A stretch of 64,000 nt of DNA, taken from assembly GCA_951406725.2 (NCBI GenBank), contig OX597827.1, positions 41,478,001 through 41,542,000 on the forward strand, written 5' to 3'. Made by a program: the position numbers and the translations under genes. The notes beneath the pieces were generated by a model. It did no database searches and was not told the DNA's origin. It saw only the letters and a list, made by a program, of their open reading frames with translations. The DNA is from Octopus vulgaris (lineage: Eukaryota). Below, in pieces: positions 46,030 to 60,475 of the stretch. Positions within the stretch are counted from its first letter, which is position 1. Each line of letters opens with the position of its first letter.

Positions 46030-46572
46030 CGACGGGCTTTTTTCAATTTCCGTGTAGCAAATCCTCTCACAAGGCTTTGATAGGCCTGAGGTTATAGTAG
46101 TAGACACTAGCCCAAGGTGCCATGCAGAGGGACTGAACCCGGAACCATGTGGTTGTGAAGCAAGTTTCTTGTCATAAGTAATGAGGCCGATTCATTTGAT
46201 TAAAATATTCCCGGGCGGTGCCCCAGAATGGCTGCAGTCTAATGACTGAAACGAGTAAACGAAATGCAACAATAACAACAATCAGAAGAAGGGTGGCACT
46301 AATTAACGGTGAAAGCCTTGTGAAGTCGGTCGATGTGCTGAAAATTACAACCAAATTCTTTTTGAATCACACCCTGATATCTTTAGAAGAGAGAAAGAAA
46401 AAGAAAACGAAAGAAAAAAAGGAAGAAGTACTCCTAAAAGATGGGATAGTCTCGGCAGCTATGGATAAATTAAGTACCAGTTACGCATTGGGGTCGATGT
46501 AATCGACTTAATACCTATGTCTGTCCTTGTTTGTCCCCTCTGTGTTTAGCCCCTTGTGGGTAGTAAAGAAAT
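46030..46572. mobile_element. SINE B fragments (46030-46265) and SINE A 3' fragment with tail type 2 (46463-46572)
   Basis: Matches to the family sequences seen elsewhere in the window. Confidence 0.78.
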
Positions 46573-46719
46573 AGGATATATGTTGGTTTAGCGGGGCTAA
46601 ACAGGAATAATTATAACAGATTTCAACGAATAATTATAACAGATTTCAATGAACAGAATGATAAGTGCGTTATCTACAATAACAACAGCAGGAAAAGTTA
46701 GTAAAACCCCCGAAAGACG

Positions 46720-48910
<2,191 letters not shown>

Positions 48911-49291
48911 TCCTCTAGATATAGATCTTCCTTCATTTTGAAGACAGTATCTTCGGAGCCTGTTGTGAACGGAGCAGAATAAAAGCGAACAATGATTTTA
49001 AACTGATAAATTGCAAATGAATTAGCAACAATGAGGGCCTTTTTCTAGTTGTAGATTAAGACATAATTGATTCAAACAAGGAACGTTTAAACTTTTACAT
49101 TCTAGTACTAACAGACCACTGAAGTTCGTTCGATCGTAGTTGCACTTTTAAGTTATTTATATTTATCTGCCAATAAAGGCAGCCATGTTGAACTGATGTC
49201 AACGATGGATCCACATCCAGAGTTATAAAAAAAATAAAACTAGTGTTATACAGACAGGGATAGGCAAAAGTAGGTATACGGTTGCTTAACA

Positions 49292-49841
49292 GGCGTGGTA
49301 TTGTGGTAAGAAGCTTGCTTCCCAACCACATGTCTCCTGGTTCAGTCCCACTGCGTGCCACCTTGGATAAGTGTCTTCTGCTATAGTCTCAGGCTGACCA
49401 AAGCCTTGTAAGTGGATTTGGTAGACGGAAACTGAAAGGAACCCCACCCACACACTCAAACACACATGTATATATCTCTTTTACTCTTTTACTTGTTTCA
49501 GCACATCGACCCCAGGACTTATTCTTTGTAAGCCTAGTACTTATTCTATCGGTCTCTTTTGCCGAACTGCTAAGTTACGGGGACGTAAACACACCAGCAT
49601 CGGTTGTCAAGCGCTGTTGGGGGACAAACACACACACGCACACACACACATGTATATATATATATATGCATATATGCGAAGGGTTCCTTTCAGTTTCCGT
49701 CTACCAAATCCACTCACAAGGCTTTGGTCAGCTCGAGGCTATAGTAGAAGACACTTGCCCCAGTTGCCACGCAGTGGGATTGAACCCGGAACAATGTGGT
49801 TGGTAAGCAAGCTATTTACCACACAGCCGCTCCTGTATATA

Positions 49842-49900
<59 letters not shown>

Positions 49901-50430
49901 TGTATGTATGTATGTATGTATGTATGTATGTATGTATGTATGTATGTATTTATGTGTGTGTTTTTTGTCTATGTTTGTCCCCCACCACCGCTTGACAATC
50001 GGTGTTGGTGTGTTTTTTTCCCCGTAACTTAGCGGTTCGGCAAAAGAGCCTGGTAGAACACATACCTGGCTTAAAAAGTAAAAGAAGTACTGGAGTCGAT
50101 TCATTCATTCGACTATAATTTCAAAGTGGTGCCCCAGCATGGCCGCAGTGTAATGGCTGAAACAAGTAAAAGATAAAAGACAAACGTGGAATGTTCTTTT
50201 CATTCCTGTTTCTTTTCTATTCTTTTATTCCCCTATTCGTTTCAGTCATATGGCTGCGGCCATTCTAGAGCACCGGCTTTAGTCGAACAAATCAGCCCCC
50301 AGGACTTATTCTTTGTAAGCCTAGTACTTATTCTGTCGGTCTTTTTTGCCGAACTGCTAGGTTACGGGGACGTAAAACAGACCAACATCAATTGTCAAGG
50401 ATGGTGGGGGGGGGGGACAAACTGATACAA
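49292..50430. mobile_element. Cluster of four SINE B pieces in alternating orientation
   Basis: 49292-49460 plus, 49476-49835 minus, 49960-50180 plus, 50220-50430 minus. Confidence 0.85.
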
Positions 50431-50433
50431 ACA

Positions 50434-50484
<51 letters not shown>

Positions 50485-50488
50485 ATAC

Positions 50489-50609
<121 letters not shown>

Positions 50610-50624
50610 TATAGATAGATAGAT

Positions 50625-50950
50625 TTTATTTCTCATGCGCTGTTGATGTTCATGACAAGTCGATGAAAGCAGTAATGTTACGTTACTGTGACCGCTAAAA
50701 AATATACGGCTTTTGTGTCCTGCCTAAAGAATCCAACGTGATGGTGAATGTTGTTCATTAACAGATAATCATCCAGCGAGGCGAATTCGCAAACCGGTTT
50801 CGGTTCCCGACAGAAGTCACATGAACAATCTTTTTTGGAAATGTTAGATTTTTGTTCCTCGTGGCAAAATCATCCAGCGAAGCGAATTCGCAAACCGGTT
50901 TTAGTTCCCGATAGAAGTCACGAGAATAACCTTTCCTGATATGTTAAATT

Positions 50951-50994
<44 letters not shown>

Positions 50995-52211
50995 AACACG
51001 TCACCCAATCCAGGAATGGAAACCACAATCTTACGATCATCATTCCAACACCCTAACCACTGAGCCATGCACCTCCACTAGCCAAGTAGTAGGGTAAGGT
51101 ATCGATTACCCTTCCCCATAAAATTGGCCCATTATATAAAAAAAAAATTGGTGGCAAGCTTACAGAAGTGTGAAAGCGACGGAAAAAAAATGTTTCACGT
51201 CATTTGTTTTATTTCTTAAGGTTTTGAGTTCAAATCTCGCCGAAGTAAACTTTACCTTTGATCCTTTTGGGATTGATAAAATAAGATATCAATCAAGTAC
51301 TGGGGACGGTGGTATCGATTAATTTCTCCCACAAAATTGCTGGCCTTGTGCCAAAATATGAAGTTAGTCGGTTACAAAAAAGAAATAGAAAAAATTTTGC
51401 TGCTGTTTCTAGCAGATTGGCCGACTATGTAGTATAGTGATACCCTCGTTGGTTTTGCTTAACGCGGCGGCTGAACGGTATTTCTTCAGGTTCTTTACAT
51501 TCCGAGTTCAAATCACGCCGATGTCAAATCTTCTCTTGATTCTTTCGGGATTTATGAAATAAAGTACCACTCAAGTATTGGGGTCGTTGAAACCATTTAA
51601 TCCCTCTCCCCTCAAAATTGCTGGCCTTGTTCCTAAACCAGAAACCCCTTTAGTCTGTTAACCGAGGCTTTTGTAATTTTTTCCGACTTTTTTTTTTGCC
51701 CCGCGACAACTAACAACATTACACCTGTTGGAAACTATCACGCATCAAGGCCTATCATTTAACGGGACTTGCTGAGCATGTAATGGGCTTGATCGATGAA
51801 GTATGCTAATTGTTCCATATGTTACATGCTTCCCACTTCATATTCCCTTAAGATAGAATAGATTATTTTGCAGTGAGCATGAGAAATTTAACATTTCAGG
51901 AAAGGTTATTCACGTGACTTCTATCGGGAACTAAAACCGGTTTGCGAATTCGCTTCGCTGGATGATTTTGCCACGAGGAACAAAAATCTAACATTTCCAA
52001 AAAAGATTGTTCATGTGACTTCTGTCGGGAACCGAAACCGGTTTGCGAATTCGCCTCGCTGGATGATTATCTGTTAATGAACAACATTCACCATCACGTT
52101 GGATTCTTTAGGCAGGACACAAAAGCCGTATATTTTTTTAGCGGTCACAGTAACGTAACATTACTGCTTTCATCGACTTGTCATGAACATCAACAGCGCA
52201 TGAGAAATAAA
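50625..52211. repeat. Near-perfect ~332-bp inverted repeat (50625-50956 / 51879-52211)
   Basis: The arms are reverse complements with about two mismatches seen by eye; each contains two ~102-bp subrepeats. Confidence 0.95.
50993..51645. mobile_element. Old SINE E head (50993-51078 minus) and two degenerate SINE A copies (51150-51363, 51473-51645 plus)
   Basis: Similar to the family heads and bodies elsewhere in the window. Confidence 0.72.
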
Positions 52212-52485
52212 TTGGCTACAACCGGAAATCAAAACCGGGTTGTGGTTATGGCTCAGTGGAAACTGGTCCTTTGTTGAATAGCGAGGGCTTTTTATTGAAA
52301 TATATTGTTTTAGACCATGTTCATTGTGTGTACATGTTTGTACGTGCGTGTAACCCCTGTGTGTAAGTCGCTTGTGTGTTGCGTGAGTGTGTTTGTCCTT
52401 CGCGTGTTTTGCGTTCTAGTTTGTATGACTGTATAACTGTATATGCCTGCGTGCGGTGTGAGTGAGTATGTGTGTCTATGAGTGT

Positions 52486-52555
<70 letters not shown>

Positions 52556-53076
52556 CATGTATGCTTTATGAGAGAAGGTATATTACAAGAACAATAAACA
52601 CAGATAAATATTCACACATGCAATAAACCCAGCAAAATGTCGTCGTCGTCGCCATCATCACAATCCTCATTCATCATCGTCATCAGCGTCTTCGCATTCA
52701 TCGTCGTCATTCTTCTCCTCCTGCACCTCCTCTCCTTCACTTCGTCCTCCTGCACCTGTACCTCCTCCTCATGCTCCTCCTCCTGCATTTCCTCGTCCTC
52801 CACCTCCTCCTCGTCGTCATCGTCGTCGTTGTCGTCGTCGTCCTTCTCCTCCTCATCATCATCAACATCATCAACATCACCAAGACCATCGTGATCCTCG
52901 AGATGATGGTGATAACTACGATCATCTTGATCCTCCTCTTCCTCCTCGTCGACGTCGTCGTCATCATCATCCTCATCATCATCATCGTCATCCTCGTTAC
53001 CACCACCACCACCACCACCACCACCACCACCACCACCACCACCACACCAACAACAACACAACAACAACATCAACAA

Positions 53077-53108
<32 letters not shown>

Positions 53109-53843
53109 ATAGTCAATATATGCACAAATTCAAAAAACACCACGAAGAAGAACAACAAAAGTTGTCAATAGGTTCAAATTATGGAGGAACAACAACCGAT
53201 AATGTCCGCAAACAAAACAACAAGAACGACAACAACGCTAACAAAAACAGCAACAACAATCTATAGCCGCATGTATAGCATCTACGATATTAGCAAAAAA
53301 CAACAACAAACAGACAAAACAAACAAACAAAACACCAGAGCAAAACAGAAGTTGATATCCACGATTAAAATAGCAAAAACAACAAACAATATCCACAAAT
53401 ATAATCGTCAGCAGCAGCAGTACCGCCACCACCAACAGCACCACCGCCACCGCCACTTCCGCCGCCACCACCACCACCTCCATCGCCACCACCTACAACA
53501 ACAACAACAACAACAGCAACAACAACAACGGCAACAACCCCTCCATCATCGTCAACCACCACCAACAACAACAGCTATAACAACTACACAACCAACACCA
53601 ACAGTTACGCCACCAACACTACCACCACCACAATCACCACCATCATCACCATCACCACCATCATCAACACCACCATCATCATTTTCACCACCACGACCAT
53701 CATCACGATAATTACTATCATCGCCGCCACCACCATCACCACCACCACCACCACCACCACCACCATCACCACCACCAAAACCACCACCACTAACAACCCC
53801 TCCCGTCGCCGCCACCGCCGCCGCCACCAGCACCAGCACCAGT

Positions 53844-54364
53844 GGAGGTGCAATGGCCCAGTGTTTAGGGCAGCGGACTCGCGGTCGTAAGAACGCGGTT
53901 TCGATTCCCAGACTGGGCATTGTGAGTGTTTATTGAGCAAAAACACCTAAGCTCCACGAGACTCCGGCGGGGAAGAAGTGGTGAACCCCGCTGTACACTT
54001 TCACCACAACTTTCTTTCACTCTTTCTTCATACTTCTGCCACAAAGCAGAGGAACCATAGTGTAACTCACTATTGTGTGGTAAACTTTCAGACCCTAATC
54101 TAGATTGCGAATCCTCTGTACCCCAGGATGGTTCAGCTCTCCACCCGTTAAAAGCCACCGTTTACGGAATGAGGATAACAACGTAGCTTTCGCTCCAGTG
54201 CAACCGCCAGTCTATCGCGTGTGGTGGGTGGATCTTCAAGTTGTCACACGCATTCTTAGCAGCTTAGAGTAGGCTCGAATTAGAGATTACTCCTTGTGGA
54301 TAATGGCGTGTGCCCTGATTGGAAGAAGAAGAAGAAGAAGGAGGAGGAGGAGGAAAAGAAGAAG

Positions 54365-54392
<28 letters not shown>
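53844..54392 (+). mobile_element. SINE family C head joined to a third body ending in (GAA)n
   Basis: GGAGGTGCAATGGCCCAGTG..GGACTCGCGGTCG..GGTTTCGATTCCC head to ~54030; whether the downstream part belongs to the same insertion is uncertain. Confidence 0.65.
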
Positions 54393-54396
<4 letters not shown>

Positions 54397-54520
54397 CCAG
54401 CACAATCATTACTACCAAAACATCAGCATCAACTAGAATAACAAATCCTATAATCATTCGTGGTCTTGCATACAGAACAGCAAGTATCAAGACAACAATA
54501 TGTCTGTTCATTGTTAATAC

Positions 54521-54749
54521 GTGAAATCTGATAGCTGTTGTTTTTAAGTCATCGGAGAATACCTCCTTCTTTTGACCGACGTGTGCTCATAACATGTGAT
54601 TCAGGGAGGCACGTAATAAGGTCGAAACACTCCGGTCTCTTAATGTCCGTCCTCTTTCGCCGGTGAAGCATGAGTGTTAGGAACATATATCATTTAAAGA
54701 GAAGAGGTATTCTCCGATGATGAAAAAACAACAGTGGTCAGGTATTCAC
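54521..54749. repeat. Fold-back/MITE-like element with ~50-bp imperfect inverted arms
   Basis: CTGTTGTTTTTAAGTCATCGGAGAATACCTC pairs with GAGGTATTCTCCGATGATGAAAAAACAACAG (17-bp perfect core). Confidence 0.75.
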
Positions 54750-54806
54750 ATCCCAATCTGCCGGAATGTATTAAGAATTATTAGATACACTATTGAAATT
54801 GTTATT

Positions 54807-54849
<43 letters not shown>

Positions 54850-54851
54850 GC

Positions 54852-54930
<79 letters not shown>

Positions 54931-55172
54931 TATATTCGCAGTATAAACACTAATACTCACATGTACAACAACAACATCAATAACAACAGCAGCGTGGACA
55001 AAAGCGTGGTCAACAACAGCAAGAACAACATCAAAAATAACAACATCAAAAATAACAACAGCCTGTATGCGTAATTTACAACAACCGCTATCCATAACAA
55101 CAACGACAATAACAGTAATAGCCAATAATCGCAAATACAGCAACAACAGTCGCTGTCCACAACTACAGCTAT

Positions 55173-55203
<31 letters not shown>

Positions 55204-55344
55204 GGAGAGAGTATCCGCAATATCCACAACTACAACAACAACAACTTCAATAATGGCAGTCAATATCCACAAATACCGCAAGAACAAGAACATCTAATAT
55301 CCACATCAGGAACGATAATAGTAATAATAATATTCACAACAGGA

Positions 55345-55414
<70 letters not shown>

Positions 55415-55497
55415 CAATAATAACAACAACAATAATGATAATAATAACTAATAATAATAAAAATAATTATTATAATAACAACAACAACAACAGCAAC

Positions 55498-55593
<96 letters not shown>

Positions 55594-55597
55594 GATG

Positions 55598-55651
<54 letters not shown>

Positions 55652-56853
55652 GCTAAAAGCAGAAGCCAATATCCACAACGACAGCAATAACAGGAACAAC
55701 AACAGCTAATATCCGCCAAGAAAAGAACCACAGCAAAGGCTAATATTTCCCAATACAACAACAACAACAACAACAACAACAACAGTCAATGTCCACAAGC
55801 ACAATAACAACAATAAAAGTCAATATTCACAAACACAACAACAACAACAACAACCAAACGAATATCCACAAATATAACAGCAATGACAAAAAAGTTAAGC
55901 CAATATCCAAAAAGGCAGTGGCAGCAGCATCATCATCAGCAGCAGCAACAACAACAACAGCAGCAGCTATCTGAAAAAAAAAAATGAAAAACACAGCAAA
56001 AGCTAATATCCACAACTGTAACAAGCATAACAAATACACAAACGATTAGTATCAACTACCACCACCACCACCATCACCACCATTACCACCACTACCACCA
56101 CCACCACCACCACCACCACCACCACCACCACCACCACGACAACAACAACAACAACAACAACAGCAAAAACAACAACAACAAAAACGATAACAACTCCCAT
56201 GGCGGACAAATCAATCCGTGTCTCGTTTACAAAATATATTTTGGTGTGAGGAAACATACTTATAAAAGTAATATGAACTGACCCGAGACATCAGGGACGA
56301 ACGTAACAACGGTACTTCCTGATGTTGTTGCTGTTGTTGTTGTTCTTGTCTTTCTGTTAAAGTCGAGTAATTTTCCCCGAGTATTTGAAAATGATGTTTC
56401 CCAGCAGGGTGCCCGGATCAATATCGATCATTTACCTGCACATGTACGTGCACGCCCGGGATGATCTGATAAAAACTTAGTCTCTGCCCAAGCGAGTAAG
56501 TCGCTCCTTGTCACCTCACCGATGTTTACCCAAGGGAAAGAGCTCCGACTTAGGATGATACAACGTGGCACTAGAGAGTCATCACAGGTATTGCTTTCAG
56601 AGCGCAAAAGAGCCGGGTCAGATATTGCAAAGCATCTTTCCCGTCTCTCTTTTGCCCCGCTCACTTACTGCTTTGAATTGCTCCTTTTTATCGACCCCCG
56701 AAACAGTTTAAGACAATGTTTGCCTCAACGGAATATGAACCTAGAGTGCAAAGATTCGGAACAAATATCCTGAGACATTCGATCTTAAACTCAAACAGCT
56801 CTGCTAATTCGCCTTATTTCAGACGATTTCATAACCTTAGTAAGCTACATATA

Positions 56854-57119
56854 CTCTTTACTCTCTTTTACTCTTTTACTTGTTTCAGTCATGTGACTGT
56901 GGCCATGCTGGAGCAATGCCTTTAGTCGAGCAAATCGACCCAGGACTTGTTCTTTGTAAGCCTAGTACTTATTCTATCGGTCTCCTTTGTCGAACCGCTA
57001 AGTTACGGGGACGTAAACACACCAGCATCGGTTGTCAAGCGATGTTGGAGGAGGGGACAAACACAGACACACAAACATATACATACATACATACATACAT
57101 ACATACATACATACATACA

Positions 57120-57150
<31 letters not shown>

Positions 57151-57703
57151 CATACTTGTGGCTTTGGTGAAAGAATGTATCTGGTGGACGCGTCTGAAAG
57201 GATTGGAGACAAACACTTTCCTCTCTGGTCAATCTCTCATCAACTTCTTCAAGTATCACTTGAAAAGGAAAGTCAGAGTAGAGAGGCAAGTTTTGTCTAG
57301 TGAATGTTTTAAAAAAAGATGGGTGAATGTAGCAAGGATGGCACGTATGAATGACGAAGCCACCTTGACTATGATCCTATGAACCGTAAAAATTAATACA
57401 GAGTTGCTTATTTGTAAAGAAAATATAACATGTGACTTCATTGACCGAGGTTACTGTGGTCTTTTCCGTAGGCTTTTCTTTCCACGGGTAAACCTCACCT
57501 GTCTTCCCCTTTACACTTTACATTGACATTTCTGTGATAACGATCCCTATTGATCGATTTGTCTTTTTCCTTTTTTTCTCTTTCTTTCCATTTTCGATCC
57601 CTTTTGATCGAAAACCAACCCACCTTTTTTATCTCCAAAAAGAAAAGCTCTACCTTGTAATTTGTCCCGTCTGTGTGCAGCCCTGTGTGGCTAATAAAGA
57701 AAC

Positions 57704-57736
<33 letters not shown>

Positions 57737-57901
57737 TACGACGGGCTTCTTTCAGTTTCCGTCAACCAAATCCACTCACAAGGCTTTAGTCGGCCCGAGG
57801 CTATAGTAGAAGACACTTGCCCCAGTTGCCATGCAGTGGGACTGAATCCGAAACCATGTGGTTCGTAAGCAAGCTACTTATCACACAGCCACTACTACGC
57901 C
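56854..57901 (-). mobile_element. SINE family B, full length, split by a LINE insertion in its internal microsatellite
   Basis: 3' half at 56854-57075 and 5' half at 57735-57901, both minus strand. Confidence 0.9.
57149..57702 (+). mobile_element. 3' end of a Tx1/L1-like LINE (ORF2 C-terminus + 3' UTR)
   Basis: Open frame LVALVKECIWWTR..FFKYHLKRKVRVER..FKKRW (stop at 57382) resembles Tx1-clade C-termini; pyrimidine-rich UTR; AATAAA at 57693. Confidence 0.65.
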
Positions 57902-58149
57902 TTTATAAATGTTTAAGATCTCGCTTCGTGCGGATTCGTTGCTTTCACCGTTCTGTCGTTCTCCGACGGCGCTTCGATTTATGAAAAATATTTGTATAAA
58001 CCGAAAACATCGTTTCACCGATATTCAATATCCGCAACCATCATGTCTTCTTTTTCTGACATATTATATTGAGCTTTTAGTTTATCCTGTATTACTTAAC
58101 CATTTTAAGGGCGGATATAGTCAAGGAAGTGTTTGCCGCAGTTTCTTTC

Positions 58150-58490
58150 AGGTCGAACGACTGCGTACTGAATAACATTGAAGGTTAGAGGTATTAACGA
58201 CAGTTTTATGGAACTTTATGGAAATAAAAGATTTCACTAACCCGAACGACATTCACATAGCAATAACTCAAGAAGCGCTCTCACTAATACAACACAGAAC
58301 AGTCAGTATTCCAAATTATAGTAAGATCAAACTAGACAGACACTTTTACAACTCGGGTGGTTTTATAACATACATAAAAGCTTGTGTTGATTATATAAAT
58401 ATCAGGAACGACAGTTATAAACTAATCGGAGACGACACCGAGCAAGAAACGCAGGTTTTCAAAATAAAAACCAGCAGCGACAACGTTAAT
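58150..58490 (+). pseudogene. LINE apurinic-endonuclease (APE) domain relic
   Basis: HIAITQE..IPNY..LDR..SGGFITYIK follows the QE / IPxY / DR..GGG..YI motif order of LINE APE domains. Confidence 0.6.
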
Positions 58491-58664
58491 AAAATAAACA
58501 CACACGCACGAACATATATTTATGTAGCATCGCTGACCTCACACATTGTTCTACCATGTTATATATATCTCACCTGCAATATTTTAACGCTCTGAAGCTC
58601 ACCTCATTGTTTTGAAATGCTACAGATAACAGAATAGGTGACATAAAACAACTCAACTAAAATC

Positions 58665-58798
58665 ACGTTTCGGCTGATATACTCCCCAGCCTTCTTCAGG
58701 TGTCCACGGGCATATGGCGTAGTAGTTAAGAGCACGGGCTACTAACCCCAAGATTCCGAGTTCGATTCCAAGCATTGGCCTGAACAACAACAACAATG

Positions 58799-58857
<59 letters not shown>

Positions 58858-59048
58858 ACCAACAACAACAACATTGAAAAATACCTTAGGAATGAGAACA
58901 CAGGTTCGAAATTTCCCCAAGACACCTGATGAATGGCTGGAGGGTATATCAGCCGAAACGTTGTGTTAACAACAAACAAGATGAGGACAAATATCCGTCG
59001 AGTGTAAATAATGTACTTAATTCCTCATCGCTTAAATATAGAAATGTA
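58665..59048 (+). mobile_element. SINE family D with an inverted HHR copy at its 5' end
   Basis: Inverted HHR 58665-58704; A box TGGCGTAGTAG (58715), B box GAGTTCGATTCC (58758); (CAA)/(AAT)n; forward HHR 58921-58967. Confidence 0.85.
58921..58967 (+). ncRNA. Minimal type I hammerhead-ribozyme motif
   Basis: gacac CTGATGA at ggctg-gagggtatat-cagcc GAAA cgtt gtgtt: stem I, stem II, core and palindromic AACGTT. Confidence 0.75.
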
Positions 59049-59245
59049 AGGCTAGTAAAATCGACCGTGGCGGCATTTGAAATCAAGGTAAAGTCAAAAG
59101 AAATGTCGCTTAGTGATTTTTTTCCGGTACGGTCACGGTTCTTCCATCTCGTCTCCTTACCCACCAACGAAAATATTGGTTTCAAATTTTGGTAGAAGAC
59201 CAGCAAGTTGGGGAGGGGGTAAGTCGATTTAATCGAACCCATGAT

Positions 59246-59426
59246 AAATTTTTTGCCATGAAACCACCTCAATTCTGGGAAGAGGGTATTTTCAAGTTAA
59301 AGGAAAGATGGAGACGCATTGTGCAACAAAATGGTACATATTTGGTTGATTAATATGTAATGGCAAGTATTTATTGACCTTTTCTTTCCTTTAAAAATCG
59401 GCACGAACTTTCCGGACAACCCAATA
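59246..59426 (+). mobile_element. Mariner 3' end fragment
   Basis: KFFAMKPPQFWEEGIFKLKERWRRIVQQNGTYLVD* followed by TIR-like GCACGAACTTTCCGGACAACCCAA|TA. Confidence 0.85.
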
Positions 59427-59486
59427 GTAACAACAAACTTTCAATACGCCTGAGACCGCCTTTGGTTCTATAAAACAAATTTTATG

Positions 59487-59665
59487 TAGAGACGCATGGC
59501 TTAGTGGTTAGGGTGTTGGAGTGATGGTCGTTGGATCGTGGTCTTGATTCATGGATCGGGCGACGCCTTGTGTTCTTGAGCAAAACACGTCATTTCATGT
59601 TGCTCCAGTCCACTCAGCTGGCAAGAAACGATTAATCTTTTGACGGACTGGCGTCCCGTCCAGGG
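59487..59665 (+). mobile_element. CORE-like tRNA SINE family E
   Basis: TGGCTTAGTGG A box, TTGAGCAAAACAC CORE-like segment and GACTGGCGTCCCGTCCAGGG motif. Confidence 0.8.
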
Positions 59666-59938
59666 AGGAATATATAAGCAAGACAAACAGGAAGCCGTCC
59701 CTCCGTTCCTTACATAGTAATGTGGACTGATCAATGTTTGAATGCGGTCTAAATTAAAATCTTAATTTCAAAATTTTATGTTAATTTATGACGCAAAACG
59801 CCAGCTGATGCTTCGTGTACTCTCTAATATAATTAAGAATTTATTGTATAGCTATTTAATGCTAATATCGCTTGATGTCATTAATATTATTCTTATTTTT
59901 ATTATCAGTTATTTAGATTGGTCCCTGCTAATAATAAT

Positions 59939-60475
59939 AACAAGAGCCAACGATTAGCCAGAGATGATTTTTAGAATGAGAATACCTGAAATAAACTTGA
60001 CTGCTCTCACAAAAGAGAATATTAAAAATGAATCTTACTGCTCTCAAAAATTAAGTAAAAAAAGATCCGGGAAAATATTCCAGAATCCTTGTTCGCTACC
60101 TGATCGATCCCAATAGTTATGGAATGTAAAGGTGACTGGAGAAAATTTAGCAACAGTAATAGATAATTTATCCTTATCTAAAACAAGCCAAAGTCAACAA
60201 ATTCACCAGTCAAAATAGTTACAGCCTAAAGGGAGATAATTGAGAAAGACTTGAAAGGTAACGTAAGATCGTAATCAAGCAAAGTAAATATAACAAATAA
60301 TCCAGAATCCTTGTCCGGTACTGGATCGATCCCCAAATTTAAGCAGTTCATGTCAGTCACGAGGTCATACATCTCTGAAAGTTTACTCCGAATCCATCCA
60401 GTGGTTCTTGAGATATCTTGTCCACGGAAAAACAAACAAACAAACGCGACTGAGCGAAAGCGGAGGTAGTAATAA
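59939..60475 (+). mobile_element. Possible Helentron-associated (HINE/DINE-like) non-autonomous element
   Basis: AACAAGAGC start, duplicated TCCAGAATCCTTGT..GATCGATCCC block, (AAAC)n followed by GCGGAGGTA terminus; family recognition only. Confidence 0.45.

Larger units (their letters stand above)
52640..56180. repeat. Trinucleotide-rich zone (TCC/TCG/CAT, CAA, CAC, AAT) with recurrent AATATCCACAA motif
   Basis: Directly visible; interrupted by elements at 53844-54749. Confidence 0.9.

Noticed and set aside
46605-46650. Short tandem duplications (here, ~34975-35040 and ~21955-22052)
   Set aside because: Ordinary local slippage duplications with no further structure.
52612-53946. Acidic and poly-Q/P ORFs
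   Set aside because: Trinucleotide-derived and interrupted by a SINE; no recognisable domain.
58708-58780. tRNA gene call for this and the other tRNA-like heads
   Set aside because: Acceptor stems are poorly paired and each head continues into a shared SINE body, so they are SINE heads rather than tRNA genes.
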